Positions 35,100 to 64,000 of a stretch of DNA of 64,000 nt are shown one piece after another (the first letter of the stretch is position 1; every line of letters starts with the position of its first letter). A program made the translations under genes and the position numbers. Where the stretch lies: NCBI RefSeq assembly GCF_000315625.1, contig NW_005434470.1:8832-72831 (forward strand). The letters are read 5' to 3'. The notes under the pieces were generated by a model. The model was not told the DNA's origin and did no database searches. It saw only the letters and a list, made by a program, of their open reading frames with translations. Origin of the DNA: Guillardia theta CCMP2712 (lineage: Eukaryota; Protista; Cryptophyta).

Positions 35100-35650
35100 G
35101 CTAACACGGAACTTCGCAAGTAATTGACACCTTTATAGTTGTTTCTCCTCCCGGGGGCCTGCCGTCGCCACACGGTGAGTCAGTGGTTCCCACTGATCCA
35201 ACCCTGGCCAAGGCTTGCACCGTGACTGAGCCACGGTGTGGCAGTGCTGGCACTACAGACGGCAAATGCAGCTGCTGGAATTTCATTTGAACTTCCGAAC
35301 GGCGTCACGTATGATAAACCGTCGATGATCATTCGATCCGGTTCAGTTAAGAGTAAAGTTTAAATTAACGACTCCCGGAGTCCATCAAGTCGACCCCAGC
35401 ACTGCGGCATACCGTGACCGTGACACTGATCAGTGCCCCGCCGCGGCCGGCGGCGGGCTGACTCGGAGGTGCCATCACCGTTCCGACGACGGTTGAACTG
35501 AACTTCCCGCAAGTTCACCGCCGGCACGGGTCGGCCCCCCCCCGGCACCGGCAGTCACCGAGTCCCTGAGTCACCCCGGGCCCCCGCCGGCCGGGCCCGG
35601 ACTCACCCCGCCCGGAGTGCTGTAGTGTCACTGAGGATTGCAAGCATTGC
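35100..35650. repeat. CCGG-rich island 6, starting immediately after the lectin stop codon
   Basis: GAACTTCCGAACGGC at 35289-35303 is identical to 27285-27299. GAGTAAAG, TGACTC and CCCGG words are also present. Confidence 0.6.
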
Positions 35651-36517
35651 ATGTGACTCTCGGAGGACCGGTTAATATATCGTAGTCTGCAAGAAAAGAA
35701 GTGTGGTAGACATTCCATGAAGGAAAGGTCAGTGAAACAGAATATATCAATGAAATTTCAATATTATAAGAACAATTTTTAACTTAGAATGACCCCATGA
35801 AACCTGTCCGCCATCGGTGCCAGTTTGTAGGCGACAATAGCAGGAAGCTGGGGGCGAGAGAGGAGGGGAGGAGTGGGCGGGGTGTGGTGGGGCATGGCGG
35901 GAGAGGGAAGGAGACTGAGAGATGCAAGGAGCTTGCAAGGTTGGAACATGATGGATTCGGGTAGATGTTATCTCCATTCAGCCCAGATGGTGAACTGCGA
36001 TTTTGGGGATGGAACAAGAGAGGAGGAAAGCAAGAAGTAGAGTCGAACATTGCAGAAAAAAAAGATGCCCAAGACATAAGTGGCTGAGGTTAAAGGAGTA
36101 GAGACAAAGGCTGGATGCTCAAACCGCGAGAGGTCATGGGGAGTGCAACACTCGTTTGCGTATGCAGTTATGCCACTTGTGGAAGAAAGTAGGGAGAGGA
36201 GGGGAGAGGAGTGGAGACAGAGTGGAAGGAAGAAAGAGAAGGAGAAGGAAGGAGAGGGAAAGGCCGAGGGAGACGGGCAAGAAGGGGAGATGTAAAGTGG
36301 TTTGAGCGGGGTGGTGGTGGCGGGACAAATGAGAGGGAGATATCTTCAAAGCTTCAAGGCTGTAACCTGCCTCACATTGCTTGTTCTAGGCGTACAAATG
36401 TGTCTTGTCGCACCCGATCGCATGACAGAATTGTAACAGTTACCTACGATCTTGGTTGCGCTCGTCTTTGATTCACTTCGGCACATTTTGTCCATAATTT
36501 AATCGAGCAAACGAAAG

Positions 36518-52600
<16,083 letters not shown>

Positions 52601-52724
52601 GCCTCCTTGCCCTCCTTTCCCCCCTTCTCTCCCTCTCATTTCCTCACCACTTTCGTTCCCCCTCCCTCGCCCCTTCCTCTCTCTCTCTCTCTCCTCCCTC
52701 ACTCCTCCCTCTCTCCCTCCTCTC

Positions 52725-53249
52725 NNNNNNNNNNNNNNNNNNNNNNNNNNNNNNNNNNNNNNNNNNNNNNNNNNNNNNNNNNNNNNNNNNNNNNNNNNNN
52801 NNNNNNNNNNNNNNNNNNNNNNNNNNNNNNNNNNNNNNNNNNNNNNNNNNNNNNNNNNNNNNNNNNNNNNNNNNNNNNNNNNNNNNNNNNNNNNNNNNNN
52901 NNNNNNNNNNNNNNNNNNNNNNNNNNNNNNNNNNNNNNNNNNNNNNNNNNNNNNNNNNNNNNNNNNNNNNNNNNNNNNNNNNNNNNNNNNNNNNNNNNNN
53001 NNNNNNNNNNNNNNNNNNNNNNNNNNNNNNNNNNNNNNNNNNNNNNNNNNNNNNNNNNNNNNNNNNNNNNNNNNNNNNNNNNNNNNNNNNNNNNNNNNNN
53101 NNNNNNNNNNNNNNNNNNNNNNNNNNNNNNNNNNNNNNNNNNNNNNNNNNNNNNNNNNNNNNNNNNNNNNNNNNNNNNNNNNNNNNNNNNNNNNNNNNNN
53201 NNNNNNNNNNNNNNNNNNNNNNNNNNNNNNNNNNNNNNNNNNNNNNNNN
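52725..53249. other. Assembly gap (also 16954-17053 and 59247-59346)
   Basis: Runs of N, each flanked by polypurine or polypyrimidine tracts. Confidence 1.
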
Positions 53250-53434
53250 TGCCTCCCCCAACCCTTCTCCCTCTACCTCCCGCCGTCGCCCCCCAACCCC
53301 CACCCCCTCCCCTCCCCGCCTCGTCGCCTCCTCCCCTCCCAGCTCCTGTTCTTCTCGATCTCCCGCACTGCGGCTACTCGTCTCCCTCCCTCGCCCCCCC
53401 CTCACGTCATACTCCTTGTGCTGCCCGACTTACC

Positions 53435-54125
53435 CTGTAAAGGTGTAAAAGACTTTGACCCCTTCACTCCACCCCCACCCACTTTTCAGTTGTTTCAATG
53501 ACCCGTACTCAAATTTTGATGTTTGCTATGTTAACTGGTACCTTCTGACCCTCTTGAGGCAGTAGCAGATAAAATATTTATAATTCTCAATGGTACCTTC
53601 TGACCCCTTCGTGCCGGTTCAAAGAAATCTAAATTCAAAACGATTTTCTAATATTAGATACCTTTTCATATCTTTGTAACAGACTGGAGCTGCATCAGTA
53701 CAGATTAAAACCATAAATAAAATTTAACAAAGTTGTTCTGGACATGATGACTCCGGCCAAGATTTCAACCCTACCGTTACGCTGACAACAGTTTCAGTTA
53801 CACTTTCCCCAAGACGGCAGCGGTACCAGGAGATCCGTTTTTAAAAACATTTTATAAATATTGCAATACTAATTATTCAGTCAACTTATGTGTCCGAGCG
53901 TGACAGTTTCATCCGTGATTAGCGGGGGGGGGGGGGGGGGGGTGATATGAGTCACAGACCAGTACGAGGGGTACTTGTCACAGGTACCAAAGGGGGATAT
54001 ACACCGGTCATGTCCAGGGGTGCGAGGGTGGTTTTTCACGTGCGCCGTGTGGCGGCCGACTTTCTTGGTTAAAAAAAAGAATCGAACATGATACTTTTCG
54101 GGCATGTTGTTCTGACCCCTTACAG
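53435..54125. mobile_element. Small AT-rich non-autonomous element candidate with iterated TGACCC motifs
   Basis: AT-rich insert in pyrimidine-rich surroundings, bounded by CTGTAA...TTACAG. TGGTACCTTCTGACCC occurs at 53536 and 53591, with related TGACCC words near 53456, 53499 and 54114. Confidence 0.45.
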
Positions 54126-55680
54126 ACTGGCCCTCCCTTTTCCTTCCCCCCTCCTCCCTCCCCCCTCCCTTCTTTTTCCAGCGCCCCCCTCGACCTCTAG
54201 TTCCAGTCCTCTTCGCTGTCTGCATCCTTAGCTCCTGATACATCTACTCTCTATCAAACTTCGAGAAGTCATCAGCGTTCACTTCCCGTGCTTCTTCAAA
54301 GTGTTGCGAGAGATTTTAGTCCACCAGCCCCATCCTCCCCATCCCCGTACTCCTCTTGCTGGAGCCTTTGAGTCTTGACGTTATCCTTGAGACACTCTTG
54401 ACTGTTTCATTCATGATGTGCTCCTTGTTAAGACCTAGATTTCTTGGATTCTACAACACCCAACCCGCACCTAGAGGTTGGTGGTCGATGCCACAAGAAC
54501 CATGTTAGGTTTCACCTCGTCACATTTAGGAGACTGTTTACCTCAACTTCATGCGATAGGACAAGAGAAGGAAAGACTGTATCATAGCTCATGTACATTG
54601 TTGTCTTCTGATGTTGCTACTTTCTCTCTTCGCTCCGGTTTGTCGTGCTTACATGGCCCCTTCGTTCAAAGCAAGATGGCAACTTGAGTAGAGCAACTGG
54701 CCAACATGAAGAACGACAATCTCGACGAGTATGACAAGAAAGTAGGATCTTTTTTTTGACGAATGCTTGCATGTCATGTTTGTTTACCAGGAGCAATCGG
54801 AGCAAGCTTTCATAGGGTATGAAGGTGTAGATGCTGCAATGCTGGTTTGTTGTGCATACTGTTTGTTATGACATTTTGCACAGAGCAATCAAGATATCTT
54901 TACTCGTTTGAGGGGCCACAAGTATCGCCATCCCTGGCTTTGAGCGATAATGACAGGTGAGAATGGTGCATAGAAATGATGAGCATGAACATGCTGAGCT
55001 TGTGGGTATCAGGAGCGCGATCATGGCGCAGCCAACTAGTCATCCTCATCAGCCATCTGCTGTGCAGGTCGATCATACTTGTGTCATGTTCAACCATTGA
55101 GAGTCTGATCTGGCATCGGTTCAGTATTGCTCGCTGACGGAAGTAATCACCTCCGGGTTTCCTAATGTTGATTGGGATCAGCTTCTTTCCTGGCGACGTT
55201 GAACCACGTTGCAGGTGGACAAGGCGATCAGGATCTCATCAGATTCCTCGTTGCTCTCAGGTTGTCAACGGAGATGTTGATGGCAGTTGCTGATGAGGGT
55301 GTACAGGGTTGAAGATGTGCAGTACGGTAAACTTGACGTGTTGTTATGAGATTAAGATATGTGTGAGCGCTTGTGGCAGACTTCGCAAGTCCTAGCGATC
55401 TTGAGAGAAGCTGTTCTGTCACTATCGTGATTCCTCCATTGTTGTCCCTTACATCACATGTGACAAACATATTTGATTGCAGTGAGAACAACCGGAGGCT
55501 ACAAGACAGGTTGTCTCAAGTGCGTTTGAGGATTGCATGCTGCTCGGATTGTTAGTGATTGTTTGCTTGGCAGGTCAGTGGAAGCGCACAATTGCAGGTA
55601 TTTGGATTGCAAATGATAGCGATATCAGTATGAGATATCTTGTGCAGCAATATTCATACCCAGGACAAGATGTTATGCAG

Positions 55681-56995
55681 ATGTCGCATCGTCCTCAACA
55701 ACAGCAGATCTACATAGATCCAGTGATCACTATCTTCATGCTCTGATCATCCTTGCTCCTTATTCGTCTCATGAACATGTTGCAATGCTGAAGTTGTTTG
55801 CAGATGTATCAGATACCGGCTGCTAATCCTCAGAGAGATTTTCATACTCAACAGTACACCGTCACTCCCTCCATCTACAACTCTCGTGCTGTATGATCAA
55901 GATACGCACTTTCAAGACTTACATGGCATCTTGACTTGCAGGACATCTCCGCAAGTTCCCATCAGCCAATATGGGGCGTCTCGAATCTGAATGTTAGTAT
56001 GCCCATTGCCCAACTATGAGATGATAAAGATGATGGTGTTGCTGCTCCTGCTGCTCTCGATGATGGAGATGGAGATGGAGATGGAGATGGAGATGGAGAT
56101 GGAGATGATGATGATGATGATGATGGATATAGTGATGGTGTTTCAAAGATTGAGATGATGATGATGATGATGCGATGTTGGTGATGACGACGACGACAAC
56201 GATGATGATGATGATGATGATGATGGAGATTATGATGATGATAATATCAACGGCAGGAGTTCTGTTTGCCTTCTCCCCAAGCAGGCACGTCGACAATTCT
56301 GTTCCTACAGTGGACTTCCTTTTCTTCTACTATCAGCAGCAGCAGCAGCAGCAGCAGCTGGCAGGTCACCAAGAACGAGGAGACGAGGAGCAGGAGGAAG
56401 AGGAGCGAGGAGGAACTACGTGTACGATCAAAGGAGACAAACGCGTCGGACTCGTCAAGCAGCAGCACACGCGCGTCTGACACAGAGAAAAGGTTGAGAG
56501 CTAATAAGTTCTGGACCAAAGAAGAGCACAAGGTTGGTCAGGGATGAAGAAGAGAGGGGAGGAGCGAGGGGCTGATAGGAGGAGAGGAGGGGAGGGGAGT
56601 GGAGAGGAGAGGAGAGGAGAGGAGAGGAGAGGAGAGGAGAGGAGAGGAGGGGGGGAGGGGCTGATAGGAGGAGTGCATATGGGAAGAGAGGGGAGGAGAT
56701 GAAAGATGAAAGTTTATGACTAGGTAAAAGGATTGCTGGTAAGAGGAGAGGGGGGGGTTACTGAAGGGTAGAGGAGGGTAGAGGAGGATGGATATGACAG
56801 GATAGAAATTTAGAGGATAGTAGAAGATAGCAATGCATGAGAGTTGATTGACGATGATAGCGAGGACAGAGGAGAGGGAAGGGCGAAGACGGTATGCACC
56901 ATGATGCATACGAGTAGTAGAGTAGGCAGTGGTACCGGGCAAGCATAGGAGGGAGAAGAGAGAGGACGATAAGGTGGTAGTGGAGCAGGAGCAGC

Positions 56996-57036
<41 letters not shown>

Positions 57037-57090
57037 CAGGAGCAGGACCAGGACCAGGACCAGGACCAGGACCAGGACCAGGACCAGGAC

Positions 57091-57151
<61 letters not shown>

Positions 57152-57660
57152 GGTTATGGCTGTTGCTAAAGATGACATTCAGCTGTTCCTTGAGGGGATC
57201 AAGAAATATCACGAGCCCAATATTCACGGGGCTCCTGTGGACGATCAGCGACGGGTTGGTCTCGGTCAGGTGAGAATGTGAAGCTCGTCGGGCCCAGCTG
57301 AAGTCAAGCACAGGGGATAGCTGAGCTGATAGCTGAACATGTCAAGACGAGAAGCGTGGCGCAAGTAAGTTGACTGTTAGAGGAAGGAGTGAAGGTGGTG
57401 TTCCTGGAGGACGAGGACGAGGACGAGGACGAGGAGGACGTAGTGATGATGCTTGTGAAGAAGAATGAGGAGGGGAGAAGGGGGAGGAAAAGGAGGAGGT
57501 GGAGGAGCCGGTGGTGAAAGTGGCATGTCACTGACAGGCTATCGGTCAGGTGCGTTCTCATGCGCAGAAGTACTTCATCAAGCAATGGAAACACAAAGAC
57601 GGGCAGGAGGAGGTGAAGAAAGAGGATGAAGAGAAGGAGGAGAAGGAGGAGGAGATGTAA
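55681..57660 (+). CDS. SHAQKYF-class Myb-related transcription factor, intron-containing
   Basis: Exons ...ANKFWTKEEHK (to 56532) / LFLEGIKKY...RRVGLGQ (57183-57269) / GIAELIAEHVKTRSVAQ (57314-57364) / VRSHAQKYFIKQ...EM* (57550-57660), all GT-AG phase 0. 5' exons are tentative. Confidence 0.85.
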
Positions 57661-58804
57661 GGGGATAAGGTCCATTGTGTCTGCTAGAGCTCAAGTTGTA
57701 CAGAGAAGAGATGAAGATGTCTTGTTACGTTAGAGGTTGTTCATAATGAAGATGGGCAAACAAGCACGACTGATGAAATGATATGGCCCTGCATAGTAGA
57801 AAGAAGGAGGGGAGGAAGAGAGAAGAGAGGGAGAGGGAGAGGAGGACAGAGAAAAGGAAGGAGTAGGAGGGGGAGAGAAGAGAGAAGGCAAGGGAGAGAG
57901 GGTACGAAGGGAGAGGAGGGAGAGAGGGCGGGAAGGTTGGGGAGGGGCAGAACTAGGGAGAGGAAGGATGAAGGAAGAAGGTGGAGAGATGTAAGAAAGA
58001 CAGCAACGGGCAGGAAGAAAGTGGGGGAGGAAGAGGTTGAAGTTGAAACTTCATCTCTTGTTCAAGTCAGCATATTCCTTGAGATCTTTCAAGCTGAACT
58101 TCCCTACGAAATATGTCATTCACCCTTGTCGTCCTCCTCCCCTTCTCCCCTTCTGCTCTCCTCTTCCCCTCTCGTGATCCTCCCTCTTCTCTCCTCTCCA
58201 CTATCCTCCTCCCTCTCCTCTCCTCTACTCGCCTCTATCCTCCTCCATTTCTGCACCGCTCCTCTCCTTTATCTTTGCCTGCCCTTACCTTGAACATCTT
58301 CGGCAATAGACGCAACATTGTTTGCATCGTCAACAACTCCAGTAGGGGCGAAGGAGAAATAGAAGAGAACTCGATGATTCTCCTCCTGTAAATTTTTCAT
58401 CTCACTCTCGTTTCTTCTCCTCCCCTCCTCTACTATTTCCTCTACCTTCTCCTCCCCTCATGCCCCTGGTCCCCAAGTTCATGCTCCTCCCTCCTCTGCC
58501 ACCTCCCTTGCCTCCTTGTCTCCTTTCCTCCCTTCTCTCGCCTCCTCCCACTCCTCCCACTCCTCACCCCTCTGTGCTCTGCCCTGCCATGCCCTGCCAT
58601 GCCCTCCTCTCTCCTCTTACCTCCTCCTCTCCTCTCCTCTCTTCTCCTCTCTACTCCACTCCTATCCCCTCCATTCCCCTCCTCTCCCCTCCTCTCCTCT
58701 CCTCTCCTCCCCTCTCCTCTCCTCTCTCCTCTCACCAGTTCGTTGGCTTTGTTGGCAGTCCCGCAGTGAAGAAGTCTTGAGTCATAGATCGCAGCCTCGC
58801 AGGC

Positions 58805-61410
<2,606 letters not shown>

Positions 61411-62049
61411 AAGTTTCGTAGGACGAGCATCCTTCGAACCTACCATGAGCGTCAGATTCCTCGTAGGACAGTTCTTTCCTACCCTCCTTCCTTTCGTTTC
61501 CTCATTGTTCGTCTAATTGAAAACGAGCTCATACACAACAAGCATATATGACTTTCTCAGGATCAAACCTTCCTCAAATGTCATATCGATATCTGCACCC
61601 TTGATGTCTTTTTTATTCAGATTAGTCCTACACATATTCAAGTGTCTAAGATATCTGCTCTTATCTTTCATGATCGCCTTTCATTGACTCACGCTGCTCG
61701 TCTGCTCCTCTTCTCCTCCTGCTCCTCTCCTCGTCCTCTCCTCGTCCTCTCCTCGTCCTCTCCTCTCCTTTTCTCCTCCTCTTCTCCTCCTCTTCTCCTC
61801 TTCTCTCCTCCTCTTCTCTCCTCCACCTCTCCTCTCCTCTCCTCCTCCTCCTCTCCTCCTCCTCTCGCTCTCTCCCCTTCCCCTTCTTCGCTTCCCCAGT
61901 GGCTTCTTCAGTAGCCGCATCTTGTCTCTATCATTGGGCAGTAAATTTGATCTTAATTCAAAATTCACTGTCTTTTTCACTACCACCCTACCTGGAATTG
62001 GAAGTTTGATCCTTATACCGAAAGAGGGGTGGGGTAGTAGACATAAGCG

Positions 62050-64000
<1,951 letters not shown>

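Noticed and set aside
54400-55600. Possible small-exon gene segment
   Set aside because: Splice-like signals are present, but no consistent reading frame or motif could be assembled.

Overview
Eukaryotic nuclear DNA, most likely a cryptophyte alga (Guillardia/Hanusia lineage). This is inferred from ~45-60 nt GT-AG introns, a signal peptide ending A-F on a plastid protein, a TIFPRRKAG-type RWP-RK pair and microsatellite-swollen introns. Most ORFs in the track are microsatellite or antisense artefacts, so real genes were rebuilt by manual splicing. Recognisable genes are an RRM protein, three SHAQKYF Myb factors (two intronless, one spliced), a signal-peptide/LRLRGG PITH protein, a YCII protein, a plastid D27-like isomerase, two RWP-RK paralogues (one frameshifted), BMT5, an intronless ADP-ribosyltransferase with a duplicated unrecognised domain, an intronless multi-TM C-type-lectin protein, a large PA-domain/Cys-rich surface protein region and a class II HMG-CoA reductase with a mitochondrial-type presequence. 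The main unexplained structure is a recurring polar intergenic module: a GGGTA/TACCC-rich tract, sometimes a TE-end-like cap, then a CCGG-rich island built from shared 13-19 bp words, perfect micro-palindromes and micro-duplications. Six such islands punctuate 4-36 kb and bracket the head-to-head ART/lectin pair, a candidate sensor-effector locus.
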